From IMG/VR virus record IMGVR_UViG_3300025896_000022: a stretch of DNA of 64,000 nucleotides; one strand, given 5' to 3'. The notes beneath the pieces were generated by a model, which worked only from the letters and a program-made list of their open reading frames with translations, was not told the DNA's origin and did no database searches. This document shows, piece by piece, positions 35,260 to 45,998 of this stretch (the stretch's first letter is position 1; every line of letters begins with the position of its first letter). Origin of the DNA: a virus (taxonomy: Duplodnaviria > Heunggongvirae > Uroviricota > Caudoviricetes). Position numbers and translations under genes: made by a program.

Positions 35260-36909
35260 ATGTCTTATTTTCCACACGCCTACCAGAAGGCACTTGTAGC
35301 CAATTCGTTGATTACTGCATCTGGAACAGCAAGTTCTGCTTTAACAGCAGGTCAACTTGCATTAATTAATGCGCAAACTAATGTTTCTGCTGATTTATCT
35401 TCAGGTACATCTTTGACTTATTCTGCTACTCCTTTAGCTTATTTAGCACAAGGTAGTTTTCACACATCAGATAAATTAGGACCTTTTCATGGAGGTTATA
35501 AAGAATCTGTTAAGTCAAAAGGTATCAATCCTAAGTATATTAGTAAATTTACTTTAAGTTTGCCTTCTACTCCAATTCAAGATATTCAACAAATTCCTGT
35601 TGCTTCTTTATGCAGTGTTACTTGTAATACTACTTATAGATTACGTCTTGACATTAAAGGTTCTTCTGCTTTACGTTTTCTTACTCATAATGCATATTAC
35701 ACGTTAGATGCGCATACAGGATGTTGTGATTCAAGTTCTAATAATGTAGATCCAAACATTGTATTGTTAGGATGGGCAGATAGACTTGCATTATATCCAA
35801 CTGTAAAAGATTTTGTACAAGGAACTGTATGGAATAGAGTATTAAACTCTGGAACAGGTACAGGTGTTACTGCAACAACTACTCAACAATATTTAACTGT
35901 TGGTACAGTTACAGGTATTGCTGCTGGTCAAAGAGTTGTATTTACTCCAACTACTGGTTCTGTATGTTCTTCTGGAAATATTACAGGTAATGTATTTACT
36001 GCTACAAGTTTAACTGGTGCAGGATTATTTTCTGTAGGTCAAATTTTAACTGGTGCTGGAGTAGCTGCTGGTACTCAAATTACTAGATTAATTAGTGGTG
36101 GTGGTGGTGCAGGTTCTGTATTTGAAGTAAATGTATCACAAGATACTGGTACAATTACAACTATTACTTCAACATCTCCTATAACTGCCTATGTTAAATC
36201 AATTGCTAGTTCAAATGTTTCTTTATATGCTGCAACTACTTTAAATACTGTAAATACTACTGATATTACTGCATTTACAACTGGTATTATTGCTAATACC
36301 GCTGTTAAATTTTATAAAGCAATAACAACTGCAACATATACAACTTTAACAGGTGATACTAATCCTGATTCAGTTGAATCATTTTTAGAAATTGTTGGCG
36401 CATATGTTGATACTACTTTTGGTGATTGTTCATTCTCTCCAAGAGATCATGTTGAATATCAACCAGTTGAAATTTATGCTTCTGTTACTGCATTAGATCC
36501 ATTAGGAAATCAATGTTTAGCATCTTGTTTTGTACCAACTGAAATTCAACAAGCTGTTCAAGGTAAAGGATTTGGTGAAACTTTAATAAGAGAATTAATT
36601 CTTGCTAAAAGATACCAACAAGAACCATGGCAACAAGATCCACGTTTGAGAGAGGTGCTTGATTATAATCCTTTTGGTGAAGTTACACGTACTGGTAAAT
36701 ATCTTATTTATAATTTATTACACAGTGTTCCACGTAAATCTAATCCTTCTGGAATGATGGATAATGATCAATATTTAATTAGAATTTTTGTACCTGTAAC
36801 TTCTACTGTTGCTGCAGCTCGTACATCAATGTCTGCTTTTGAAACAAATATTGACAACTGGATGGTTACTGCTGGTAATCAAGATGCAAGATTTGTATTG
36901 TTAGCATAA
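35260..36909 (+). CDS. abundant virion structural protein (candidate major capsid or tail sheath), rich in T/S/G/A
   Basis: 549 aa. A textbook rho-independent terminator follows it immediately, suggesting high expression. Confidence 0.4.
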   Translation: MSYFPHAYQKALVANSLITASGTASSALTAGQLALINAQTNVSADLSSGTSLTYSATPLAYLAQGSFHTSDKLGPFHGGYKESVKSKGINPKYISKFTLSLPSTPIQDIQQIPVASLCSVTCNTTYRLRLDIKGSSALRFLTHNAYYTLDAHTGCCDSSSNNVDPNIVLLGWADRLALYPTVKDFVQGTVWNRVLNSGTGTGVTATTTQQYLTVGTVTGIAAGQRVVFTPTTGSVCSSGNITGNVFTATSLTGAGLFSVGQILTGAGVAAGTQITRLISGGGGAGSVFEVNVSQDTGTITTITSTSPITAYVKSIASSNVSLYAATTLNTVNTTDITAFTTGIIANTAVKFYKAITTATYTTLTGDTNPDSVESFLEIVGAYVDTTFGDCSFSPRDHVEYQPVEIYASVTALDPLGNQCLASCFVPTEIQQAVQGKGFGETLIRELILAKRYQQEPWQQDPRLREVLDYNPFGEVTRTGKYLIYNLLHSVPRKSNPSGMMDNDQYLIRIFVPVTSTVAAARTSMSAFETNIDNWMVTAGNQDARFVLLA

Positions 36910-36932
36910 CATTATAATATATATTCAAATAT

Positions 36933-36966
36933 GAGGAGAGATTAAAAGTCTCTCCTCTTTTTGTTT
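36933..36966 (+). terminator. rho-independent terminator GAGGAGAGA-TTAAAAG-TCTCTCCTC-TTTTTGTTTT
   Basis: Perfect 9-bp GC-containing stem plus a T-run, 24 nt after the stop of gene 35260..36909. Confidence 0.8.
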
Positions 36967-37021
36967 TATTTAATTTTTTTTCGTAAATTCTTATTGTAAT
37001 GATATTAATACTAAATTAGTT

Positions 37022-37588
37022 ATGGCAATTAGACATACACTCGCATTAGACATTCCAGAAACAGCATGTGAAAATATTTTAAGAATATTTGATGCATCTG
37101 TATATGGATTAGGATTAGAAATTGATTGTCCAAGACTTGATATTTATTTACCAGGATTCTCACTTCCAGTGTATTATACACAAGAAGATGGGTTAACTCC
37201 AGGTTTTATGTCAAATTTTTCAACAGCAGATTTAGGTATTACATCACATGATCAACCTGCTGGTACATTCCCTGATGGATTATATACAATAAGATATAGT
37301 GTATCGCCTAATGAAACTGTTAATGTGCAGTATTATCATTTAAGAACAACAACATTAGTAAATACATATTATAGAGAAATCTGTAAAGTACAATTACAAG
37401 CATGTGAACCAAATGCAGAACAACATCAAAAACTACATGATTTAAGATATATTAAAATGTACATTGATGCTGCAAAAGCAAAAGCAGAATATTGTCATGC
37501 TCCTGTTCAAGCTGTAGAAATGTATGAATATGCTGAAAGATTATTAGCAAAGTATCTTACTGGATGTTGTGTATCATGTAACAAATAA
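37022..37588 (+). CDS. structural-module hypothetical protein
   Basis: 188 aa, ending in a CC…C.C cluster. Confidence 0.4.
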   Translation: MAIRHTLALDIPETACENILRIFDASVYGLGLEIDCPRLDIYLPGFSLPVYYTQEDGLTPGFMSNFSTADLGITSHDQPAGTFPDGLYTIRYSVSPNETVNVQYYHLRTTTLVNTYYREICKVQLQACEPNAEQHQKLHDLRYIKMYIDAAKAKAEYCHAPVQAVEMYEYAERLLAKYLTGCCVSCNK

Positions 37589-37606
37589 CCAATAAAATAA
37601 AATAAT

Positions 37607-37744
37607 ATGATTTGTAATAACTGTAAAACTACATTAAGTTGTGGTTGTCAACAAAGAAAAGCATCTGATGGTACTATGGTATGTAGTAGTTGTTTATCAA
37701 ATTATGAAACTACTTTAGCAAATAATAAAAACTTGAATAAGTAA
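37607..37744 (+). CDS. small Cys-rich (zinc-ribbon-like) protein of 45 aa, not in the ORF track
   Basis: MICNNCKTTLSCGCQQRK…MVCSSCLSNYE has a CxxC…CxC…CxxC pattern and fills a gap between genes. Confidence 0.3.
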   Translation: MICNNCKTTLSCGCQQRKASDGTMVCSSCLSNYETTLANNKNLNK

Positions 37745-37968
37745 TGGATCCTTTAACTCGTATTAATGAAATATTTGCTCAAACTATATACGCTAAATAC
37801 AAGCGTAAAAGATATGGTTTAAAAAATTGTTCTGCTACTATAACTGAAGAGTTAGCAGATGATTTACGCAATTTAGTTATACGTGCAAAAGAAATGGAAA
37901 ATTGTAGTTGTGTTATGAGCAGTGGTTGTTCATTATCAATAATTGAAGAAAAAATTAATACATTATAA
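37744..37968 (+). CDS. hypothetical protein
   Basis: 74-aa ORF. Confidence 0.3.
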   Translation: MDPLTRINEIFAQTIYAKYKRKRYGLKNCSATITEELADDLRNLVIRAKEMENCSCVMSSGCSLSIIEEKINTL

Positions 37969-39559
37969 AATGGCAATACCAGTAACTAATCCAGGTTCTA
38001 ATAGAGATAACTGTCCTAAAATATCTACATCATGTGTGATATGGCAAGGACCAGATATTCCATGTATTGACTTATGTGGTGGTGATTCAATTGATGAAGT
38101 TGTATTTAAACTTGCTACTTTATTATGTACTATTTCTGATGGTTTGTTAGATGTATCAACTTTAGATTTTCAATGTTTAGTTGATTTGGAAACTGAACAA
38201 ATACCTACTAATTTGCAAAGTACTATACAACTTATTATATCACATATATGTAATAATATAAATGTATCTTCTTTTGCAAGAGTAGCATCATTTACTTCTA
38301 CTGGTGAAGCAATATTAGTATTACCTGAATGTTTATATTATACTGATGAAAATAATGATTTAATTACATCATTACCTCAATCAGATTATAATACTTATGT
38401 AGCAAATAAAGTATGTGATGTTATATTAATAGTAAATACGCATACACAAAGTATTGGTAATTTAACTGGTAGAGTTAATACTTTACAAGCATTAGTTGAA
38501 TCAATAGAACCATTATCTATACCAGATATTTATGTTGTATCACAATGTGCTTCAGATTTTTTACCTGATCGACAAATATTAATACAAGATGCTTTTACTA
38601 ATTTAGAAAAAAACTATTGTGATTTTAAATCATTTATTGGTACAAGTACTTCTTTGTATAATAGTATAAATAGTCAAATACCAAATTTATCTAGTTTTCG
38701 TCAATTGGTATATCCTGATTTACAAATGGGTAATTTAGTTGATTGGGTAGCAACTCCTACACGATTAAGTGATACTATAACAAATTTATGGTTAACTATT
38801 GGTGATATAAGAACTAAGTTTCAATCTTATTTAGATGAGATAGTTACAATACCATGTATACTTGCTTTACCTGAAAATGTTGCAGTTACAACTATTGCAT
38901 CTAGTTATGCTACATTAGTATTTGATTCATCTTCACTTGGTGGAATTGAAAGACCATTATCATATAAAGTTGATATTTATAATACTAGTGATACATTGTT
39001 TACAACACCATTATTTTCTCAAATTGTAAATGAAACAGATTTTCAAAAAACTATTAATATATCAAGTGTAAATATTTTACCAGCAACTTCTTATAGAATT
39101 AATGTATCTTCAATTTATACTTGCGGTGCATCAGTTCCTGCATTTATTATTTCAGAATTATTAACTGCAACTAATTTATATACATTAGATTATACAAATA
39201 CTGGTGTTACTAGCACTGTTAGTTGTGGTGGAGATAGTTATGATTTAGAAGTTCAAACTGTAACATTAAGTTTAATTACTATAATTGGTTCTATACCTAA
39301 AGTTAATGACTACACTGAACCATTACAAATAACTATAAGATATGAATCAACTAGTTGTGGTTTACCAGAAATCAGTTATACTGATGTAACTTATGAAATA
39401 GCAGTTGGTGATAGTGATGTTATTTTTGATTATATTTCTAAACAACCAGTTATATGTTTAGATAAATCTTGTTCAGATGAAATAACAACTCTTGCATGTG
39501 GAGTATATATTTCTAAACCTGGAATTGAGTTTACTGATAAATTATTACCTTGTGTATAA
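37943..39559 (+). CDS. tail fiber or adhesin family protein carrying the shared N-terminal Cys motif
   Basis: The N-terminal 'SCVIWQGPDIPCIDLCGGDSIDEVVFKLATLLC' is shared with ORFs 39579 and 41072. Size is 538 aa. Confidence 0.45.
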   Translation: MKKKLIHYKMAIPVTNPGSNRDNCPKISTSCVIWQGPDIPCIDLCGGDSIDEVVFKLATLLCTISDGLLDVSTLDFQCLVDLETEQIPTNLQSTIQLIISHICNNINVSSFARVASFTSTGEAILVLPECLYYTDENNDLITSLPQSDYNTYVANKVCDVILIVNTHTQSIGNLTGRVNTLQALVESIEPLSIPDIYVVSQCASDFLPDRQILIQDAFTNLEKNYCDFKSFIGTSTSLYNSINSQIPNLSSFRQLVYPDLQMGNLVDWVATPTRLSDTITNLWLTIGDIRTKFQSYLDEIVTIPCILALPENVAVTTIASSYATLVFDSSSLGGIERPLSYKVDIYNTSDTLFTTPLFSQIVNETDFQKTINISSVNILPATSYRINVSSIYTCGASVPAFIISELLTATNLYTLDYTNTGVTSTVSCGGDSYDLEVQTVTLSLITIIGSIPKVNDYTEPLQITIRYESTSCGLPEISYTDVTYEIAVGDSDVIFDYISKQPVICLDKSCSDEITTLACGVYISKPGIEFTDKLLPCV

Positions 39560-39578
39560 CAATTAAAAATTAATAAAT

Positions 39579-40394
39579 ATGTCTTGTCCAAATAATAATT
39601 GTGATTCATCTTGTACTTGTAACCAATGTTGTCCACCAGTACTACCACCAATTCCACCTACACCTCCAAGTTGTATAGGAACGGAATGTGATGAAATATA
39701 TAATGCTGCATGTGTAACATATACAGGTAATACTATTGATTGTTTAAATATACCAAATGGTTCATCATTAAATAATATTATTCAAGTATTAGCACAAAAA
39801 CTTTGTGATTGTGATACAGGTAGATGTTTAAGTCCATTAGAATTATTTTTTAATAGAATTGCTTCAATAAATAATAATGCAAAAGTTTACAATGAAAATT
39901 CTAATGTAAAAGATATACTTAATACTATATTTGAAAAAGGAGGATTAGTTTTTAAAAAATGTAAATACTGTTGTCCTAATAGTTCATTTTATGCACTTTC
40001 ATTAAATGCATCAAATAGAGATGAAATTTATGAGTTATGCAATAATGGTCTTGGATATCCTATTCAAGTTCCTTTATTAAATAGTGAACTAAATTATATT
40101 TCATGTGCAACAACATTTTTAACTTTGTTTGATGATACTTTAGGAAACAATGTATCAGCATTAACACCATCAACAATTTATGAATTTGGAGGCTTTAATG
40201 GTAATTCTGGATTGTGTGAATTAAATAAAATTTTACCATCTTTATTTACAACTGAAGAAATTACTTCTTTAATGTATAAGATAAATGAACGTGATTTGTT
40301 TGTGGCATGTGATACAGTTAATGGAAATATTTTTATTGGTAGTCGTACAAATTATAAAGATTACTTATGTCAACTTGAAAATAATTGTAAATAA
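39579..40394 (+). CDS. tail fiber or adhesin family protein carrying the shared N-terminal Cys motif
   Basis: 'ACVTYTGNTIDCLNIPNGSSLNNIIQVLAQKLCDC', preceded by a Pro-rich linker. Confidence 0.45.
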   Translation: MSCPNNNCDSSCTCNQCCPPVLPPIPPTPPSCIGTECDEIYNAACVTYTGNTIDCLNIPNGSSLNNIIQVLAQKLCDCDTGRCLSPLELFFNRIASINNNAKVYNENSNVKDILNTIFEKGGLVFKKCKYCCPNSSFYALSLNASNRDEIYELCNNGLGYPIQVPLLNSELNYISCATTFLTLFDDTLGNNVSALTPSTIYEFGGFNGNSGLCELNKILPSLFTTEEITSLMYKINERDLFVACDTVNGNIFIGSRTNYKDYLCQLENNCK

Positions 40395-40416
40395 TAATTA
40401 AAAAAAATAAATAACC

Positions 40417-41052
40417 ATGAGTTCATTTGTAAATCCTATAATAAAGTATATTCAACAAATTATTGCAATTAGTCAAAATGATGAAATAAGCATTTCTCAA
40501 GCTTTTGCAAATAATAATTTTATTGAAATTACAAATTCATCTGATAATATAGTACCAGATAATTCAACATTATATTTAATAAGTCCATTTTTATATAATA
40601 ATGTTTATATATTAGAACAAACACTTACATGTTTACAAAATGGATTTGGTGTTCCTTTAAATGTACCATTTAACTACGAATCACAAAAAATATCAAATGA
40701 TCAAGTATCAATAAAAAATATTAAAGATTTACATATAACTACAACAGCATGTAATACTTTTAGTTCAAGTTCTTTAGAATTAAATGAATTGATTTTAAAT
40801 AAATATTGGAATTATCCAATAACTGAACGTGGTGGATATTATGAATATGGTTTAACTGAATTTAATACATTTAGTAATGAATCAGGATTATCTGATATAA
40901 TTACATATTTAAAAACATTACCTACTAGTGTTAATGAATATAATACATTACAATATGTATTAGAACAATTTGTTAATGGAGGATTTGCAGCATTTAATTA
41001 TAATGATACATTATATGCAGGTACACCAGCAGGTTTTTGTAATTGGTATTAA
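40417..41052 (+). CDS. structural-module hypothetical protein
   Basis: 211-aa ORF. Confidence 0.4.
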   Translation: MSSFVNPIIKYIQQIIAISQNDEISISQAFANNNFIEITNSSDNIVPDNSTLYLISPFLYNNVYILEQTLTCLQNGFGVPLNVPFNYESQKISNDQVSIKNIKDLHITTTACNTFSSSSLELNELILNKYWNYPITERGGYYEYGLTEFNTFSNESGLSDIITYLKTLPTSVNEYNTLQYVLEQFVNGGFAAFNYNDTLYAGTPAGFCNWY

Positions 41053-41071
41053 TTAAATAAAAAAAATAATT

Positions 41072-43294
41072 ATGTTTCCAAATATTCCATGTACTGATTG
41101 TGATCCATGTCCAACACCAGTTGTACCAGTTCCAATACCAGATTTGTCAGAATTAGTTTGTAGTATTTTCTATGATGACACATGCGTGTTTTATTCTGGG
41201 GAAGATATTCCTTGTGCAGGTATACTAAATGGAATGTTTTTAAATGAAGTATTACAAATATTAAGTAATACTTCATGTACTTATTGTGGTGGCATACCAA
41301 AAGTATTACAACCATTAAAATTAACAAAAGATGTTTGTGGTAGAAAAAGTGATAGTCCATCATATGAACTAGTATATGTATATAGACCAACAGGGGTTTT
41401 TTCTGATGTAATAAGTAATAATGATATAATTTATGAATCAGATAGAATAACAAAATATGTAGGTAATAATTTAATTTATGGCGCAAGAACATTTGATGCA
41501 AGTAGACTTACAATAATAAATATTAATGACAATGGTATTGTAACTTTAAATACAACAATTGCTTCTATAACACCAGCACCTGAATCATCTAATAATGAAT
41601 TTAATACTTGTGTTGATGCAACAGTAAATGATTTAATATTATCTATAATTGGAACTGATATAAAAATTTATGATGATCCTTATTTAGGAAATCCATTACC
41701 ATTAACTGATGTATTAACTGAAACATATTATTTTGCAACACAAACTTTGTATGGTTGTGAAAGTACTTTTACTTGGATTTTAGTTAGTGTTGGTACAGTA
41801 TACCAACCTGAAGCAGATTCACCTCAAACATTTTGTACAAATTCAACAGTGGCAAATTTAGTTGCATATGGTGATAATATTAAATGGTATACAGCATCAA
41901 CAGGTGGTACATTATTAGCAAATACAACTCAACTAGTTTCTGGTGTAACATACTATTGTTCTCAAACTACAGGAACTTGTGAAAGTGAAATAAGAACAGC
42001 AGTTCTTGCAACAATTGGAATACCATCAACTCCTATTGCAGTTAATCAAACATTTTGTTCTGTACCAACGCCAACAATTGCAGACTTAGTAGTGACAGGT
42101 ACAACTGGTACAGTAAAATGGTATACAACTGCAATTGGTGGAACAGCATTATCATCTGGAACTAATTTGATTTCAGGAACTACTTATTATGTATCACAAA
42201 CTATAGGTTCTTGTGAAAGTGCTAAAAAATCAATTTCTATTATAGTAACTACAAAAGTAACACCATTATTTACACAAGTTTCTAATGTATGTTCAGGTGT
42301 AACAATGATTCCATTACCAACTACATCAACAAATGGTATTACAGGAACTTGGTCTCCTGCACTAAATAATACAACAAATACACTATACACGTTTACTCCA
42401 ACTACAGGATTGTGTGCCAATACAACTACAATGACAATAGGAGTTGATACAGTTGCTACTCCAACAGTATCTGCACAAACATTTTGTGGTGGTGGAACTG
42501 TAAGTAATCTTGTTGCAACTGGTACTAATTTAAAATGGTATAATGTTGCAACTGGTGGAACTGCTTTATATAGTTCTGTACCTTTAGTAACAGGTACATA
42601 TTATGTATCTCAAACACTTGGAATTTGTGAAAGTGCAAGAGTATCTTGTGCAGTTACTACATCAAATTTTGTTTTTTCATTAAGAAATGCTGAACATACA
42701 ACATATAGTGATGGAACACCAATACCACAAATAACAAATAATACAGAATGGACAACTGACCCTAGTACTGGATTACCTAGAACAACTGGTGCTTGGTGCT
42801 ATTATAATAATGATCCTGCAAATGGTGCTGTTTATGGCAAACTGTACAATTGGTATGCTGTAGCAGGAATATATAATGCAGCATCACTAGCAAACCCAGT
42901 ATTAAGAAAACAATTTGCACCAAATGGTTATCGTGTTCCAACATTTACGGAGGGATATAATTTTATTAATTGTTTAGGTGGAACATCTGTTGCAGGAGGA
43001 AAGATGAAAGAAGCAGGTACAACACATTGGCAAAGTCCTAACACAGACGCTACAAATAGTAGTGGTTTTACTGGCTTACCTGGAGGTTATCGTAATTACA
43101 ATGGTCCATTTTATAATATTAATTTAAATAATTATTATTTTTTTTCTACAGAAAATGAATTACATGATTCAAATGGAGTAGTAATAGAGATTCAGGGTGC
43201 AGTAATGTATTTAGATTATCGTTATTCAGTAGTAAATTTGTCAGGAGCTCGTAAAAGTAATGGAATGTCAATAAGATTAATCGCAGATATTTAA
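41072..43294 (+). CDS. tail fiber protein with an N-terminal Cys motif, about 4 tandem Ig-like repeats and a C-terminal FISUMP (Fibrobacter succinogenes major paralogous, TIGR02145-like) domain
   Basis: Repeats follow the pattern '(V/I)KWY(T/N)..TGGT.L……L.(S)G.TYY.SQT.G.CES.' The C-terminus 'GAWCYYNNDPANGAVYGKLYNWYAV…GYRVPT…GGKMKEAGTTHWQSPNTDATNSSGFTGLPGGYR' matches the FISUMP consensus. Confidence 0.6.
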   Translation: MFPNIPCTDCDPCPTPVVPVPIPDLSELVCSIFYDDTCVFYSGEDIPCAGILNGMFLNEVLQILSNTSCTYCGGIPKVLQPLKLTKDVCGRKSDSPSYELVYVYRPTGVFSDVISNNDIIYESDRITKYVGNNLIYGARTFDASRLTIININDNGIVTLNTTIASITPAPESSNNEFNTCVDATVNDLILSIIGTDIKIYDDPYLGNPLPLTDVLTETYYFATQTLYGCESTFTWILVSVGTVYQPEADSPQTFCTNSTVANLVAYGDNIKWYTASTGGTLLANTTQLVSGVTYYCSQTTGTCESEIRTAVLATIGIPSTPIAVNQTFCSVPTPTIADLVVTGTTGTVKWYTTAIGGTALSSGTNLISGTTYYVSQTIGSCESAKKSISIIVTTKVTPLFTQVSNVCSGVTMIPLPTTSTNGITGTWSPALNNTTNTLYTFTPTTGLCANTTTMTIGVDTVATPTVSAQTFCGGGTVSNLVATGTNLKWYNVATGGTALYSSVPLVTGTYYVSQTLGICESARVSCAVTTSNFVFSLRNAEHTTYSDGTPIPQITNNTEWTTDPSTGLPRTTGAWCYYNNDPANGAVYGKLYNWYAVAGIYNAASLANPVLRKQFAPNGYRVPTFTEGYNFINCLGGTSVAGGKMKEAGTTHWQSPNTDATNSSGFTGLPGGYRNYNGPFYNINLNNYYFFSTENELHDSNGVVIEIQGAVMYLDYRYSVVNLSGARKSNGMSIRLIADI
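42680..43294 (+). repeat. FISUMP-domain coding segment, copy 1. It has a roughly 70-80% nucleotide-similar paralogue at 51520..52060.
   Basis: Aligned by eye: tggtgcttggtgctattataataatgatcctgcaaatgg… against tggagcatggtgctattataataatgattctgcaaataa…. Confidence 0.5.
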
Positions 43295-43335
43295 TATGAT
43301 ATGGTTTGTTGGTTTTCCATATTGTATGAGAACTT

Positions 43336-43366
43336 CCCTCGTGTAACAGCGAGGGTTGTTTTTTAT
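43336..43366 (+). terminator. rho-independent terminator CCCTCG-TGTAACAG-CGAGGG-TTGTTTTTTAT
   Basis: Read directly, about 40 nt after the stop of the fiber gene. Confidence 0.65.
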
Positions 43367-43385
43367 AATAAAAAAATAACTACAT

Positions 43386-44678
43386 TTGTATAACTCTAAA
43401 TATTTAATTATGAGATTAATTAGTAAATTGGTCTATCAAGGACTTACAAGAAAAAATTCAAATCAAAAAGAAGCTGATAGATTAAAATTATCTTTAAATG
43501 ATTACATGTCAATTAAAAAAAATACTTTAGATATTATAAAAAATATGACTGAAGATCAAGTAATGGATGATGTATTTTTTTATAACATAGACAAACGTGT
43601 TTTAATACAACAACCCCAAGAATCTAAAGTGACTGAAATACACCAAAATCTTGAAACTGGCACAAGTAAAATTTCAGCAATTTCTTCTACAGAACCTAAG
43701 ACACCAGAAGAAATAATAAAACTATTAGGAATAGATATAACACAATGGAAATTATCACAATTCTGGAACAAAGAACAAAATAATAAATGGTTAGTTTCTG
43801 CATTAATAACAAGAGTTCCATTACAAGAAAAAATACAAATATCATTTCTACAAGAATTAGCGACTTATAAATTACCAATATTTCCAAAACTAGACCCTGC
43901 AATTATTAATTCAGATTCATCTGAAAAAGTTTGTGGGGTTATTTCATTACAAGATTTACATTTTGGTAAAGTAGGTAATGAAAACATGAATGACATTATG
44001 GAAAAAGCAGTGCTATACCTAGTTGGTAAAGCATATCGTAATTATCATATTGAAAAAATTATATTTATTATTGGACCAGATACTTTAAATATGGATACTT
44101 TTGATGGTACTACAACAAAAGGAACTCCTGTTGAAAATTCTGAAGTAGCAACTAAAGCATATGTAAAAGCATTTGATGCTGTATGTAGTGCAATTACAAC
44201 ATTAAAGAATTTTTGTGAAAATCTTGAAGTAGTATTTATTCCAGGTAATCATGATAGGTTATCTTCTTATCATATGATACATGCAGCATCCCAAGTATTT
44301 AGACAACAATATGATATAACTTTTAATGTAGAATATGCTGAACGTAAAGTAATTACTTATGGTAAAAATATGATTGCTGTTGAACATGGTGATGCTTCTT
44401 CTAAAAATAATCCTTTAGTGTATGCTGTTGAGTTTCCTGATCAATGGGGAAAATCAAATCATAGAATGTTATATACAGGGCATTATCATGGTAGAAAAAC
44501 TAAAGAAGTAATTACTGAAAATGAAGAACAAGGATTTGTTACTAGAATCATACCTGCATTAACTTCATCAGATTATTATCATTATCATAATAAATGGACT
44601 GGAAATCAACGTTCTGCTATTATGCACATACATCATGCAGATAAAGGATTAATATCTGAATTTGTATACTCAGTATAA
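43386..44678 (+). CDS. calcineurin-like metallophosphoesterase (MPP superfamily) embedded in the tail module
   Basis: Motifs in order are 'DLHFG', 'IIGPDTLNMD', 'FIPGNHDR', 'VEHGD' and 'GHYHG'. This is the canonical MPP arrangement (D.H…GD…GNH[DE]…H…GH.H). Confidence 0.55.
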   Translation: MYNSKYLIMRLISKLVYQGLTRKNSNQKEADRLKLSLNDYMSIKKNTLDIIKNMTEDQVMDDVFFYNIDKRVLIQQPQESKVTEIHQNLETGTSKISAISSTEPKTPEEIIKLLGIDITQWKLSQFWNKEQNNKWLVSALITRVPLQEKIQISFLQELATYKLPIFPKLDPAIINSDSSEKVCGVISLQDLHFGKVGNENMNDIMEKAVLYLVGKAYRNYHIEKIIFIIGPDTLNMDTFDGTTTKGTPVENSEVATKAYVKAFDAVCSAITTLKNFCENLEVVFIPGNHDRLSSYHMIHAASQVFRQQYDITFNVEYAERKVITYGKNMIAVEHGDASSKNNPLVYAVEFPDQWGKSNHRMLYTGHYHGRKTKEVITENEEQGFVTRIIPALTSSDYYHYHNKWTGNQRSAIMHIHHADKGLISEFVYSV

Positions 44679-44738
44679 TATATATCACCAATTGTTTTAA
44701 TATGTACATAATTTTTAGTAAATTCTTAATGTAAACAA

Positions 44739-45314
44739 ATGTCAAACAAACCAGATTTAAATGCACCAAGATTTAGAAAAACAAGTGAAGGTACTCTTAA
44801 TATGGAGTTTATAAAATTGTTAAAACAAAAAGTACCATCAAGTGTAAATTTATCAAATGAACAAATTAAAAATATAATTAAAACGTTCAATGAAAATATT
44901 TGGAAAACTGTTATAGATAAACGCGATGGCGTTGAGTTACCTGAATTAATTGGTCATATGTTTATAGGTACTTGTCCAAAATCAAAAAAGAAAAATATTG
45001 ATTTTAAAGCAAGTGAAAACTATAAACAAACTGTACAACATAGAAATTGGGAAAGTGATCAACATTTGGCAAAAATATTTTTTACAAATTTTGGTAGTAA
45101 ATATAGATTTAAAAATCATGAGTTATGGGCATTTAATGCAACTAGAGATTTTAGTAGAGAAGTTGCAAGAGTATATCCTTTTACTTGGAAAAAATATTTA
45201 CAAATAGATCCAAAAGTTAAAATATCAAATATCTATAAAACAAATAGTTATAGATTAGAAAAAAAAGATACTGAACAAGAACAACTCAAAGATTATGATG
45301 AGTTCGATTTATAA
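44739..45314 (+). CDS. structural-module hypothetical protein
   Basis: 191-aa ORF. Confidence 0.4.
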   Translation: MSNKPDLNAPRFRKTSEGTLNMEFIKLLKQKVPSSVNLSNEQIKNIIKTFNENIWKTVIDKRDGVELPELIGHMFIGTCPKSKKKNIDFKASENYKQTVQHRNWESDQHLAKIFFTNFGSKYRFKNHELWAFNATRDFSREVARVYPFTWKKYLQIDPKVKISNIYKTNSYRLEKKDTEQEQLKDYDEFDL

Positions 45315-45322
45315 ATAATATT

Positions 45323-45994
45323 ATGACAACAATAGGAGAAGTTTTATCAAGAGTACGTAATCAGATAAAAGCAGTTAAACAAGATGCTTTTTTAACTGAT
45401 AGATTTTTGTATTCTATGATTATGAAACATGCAAAAATGCTTGTTCGTAGACAAGATATACAAAATAGAATAATGAAGTTTAATAGTGTATTTCAAGTAT
45501 TAAACTATGTTGAACTAATTGAAGTAGATAAAGCTGAATCTAAATGTCATGGTATTACATCAGGTTGTACGTTTAAGCGTACAAAAGATAAACTACCTAA
45601 CTTAATGGAAGGACACTGGGGACCTATATTTAGAAGTGTATCTTCATTAGATTTGTCAGAAGAAATTTCACCAACTTATTCTATTACTTATGAAAAAATG
45701 GCAAATCAAAAAACATTTAAATATAACAATAAAAAATACTATTGGTATATTGATGGTTATTTATATTTTCCAAATTTAGAATGGGATGCTGTACGCATAG
45801 AAGGAATTTTTGAAGGTGATATTAGTTCATATAATTGCGATGTAACTGATGATTGTTTATATATACAAGATAAAAGTTTTTCAATACCAGAATATTTATA
45901 TGCTGAAATTGAACAAAATGTAGTAAAAGATTTAGGAGCAATGATTAGTGTTCCATCTGATACTCAACAAGATAATAGAAATATAATAAATTAA
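45323..45994 (+). CDS. structural-module hypothetical protein, possibly baseplate
   Basis: 223-aa ORF. Confidence 0.4.
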   Translation: MTTIGEVLSRVRNQIKAVKQDAFLTDRFLYSMIMKHAKMLVRRQDIQNRIMKFNSVFQVLNYVELIEVDKAESKCHGITSGCTFKRTKDKLPNLMEGHWGPIFRSVSSLDLSEEISPTYSITYEKMANQKTFKYNNKKYYWYIDGYLYFPNLEWDAVRIEGIFEGDISSYNCDVTDDCLYIQDKSFSIPEYLYAEIEQNVVKDLGAMISVPSDTQQDNRNIIN

Positions 45995-45998
45995 TACT

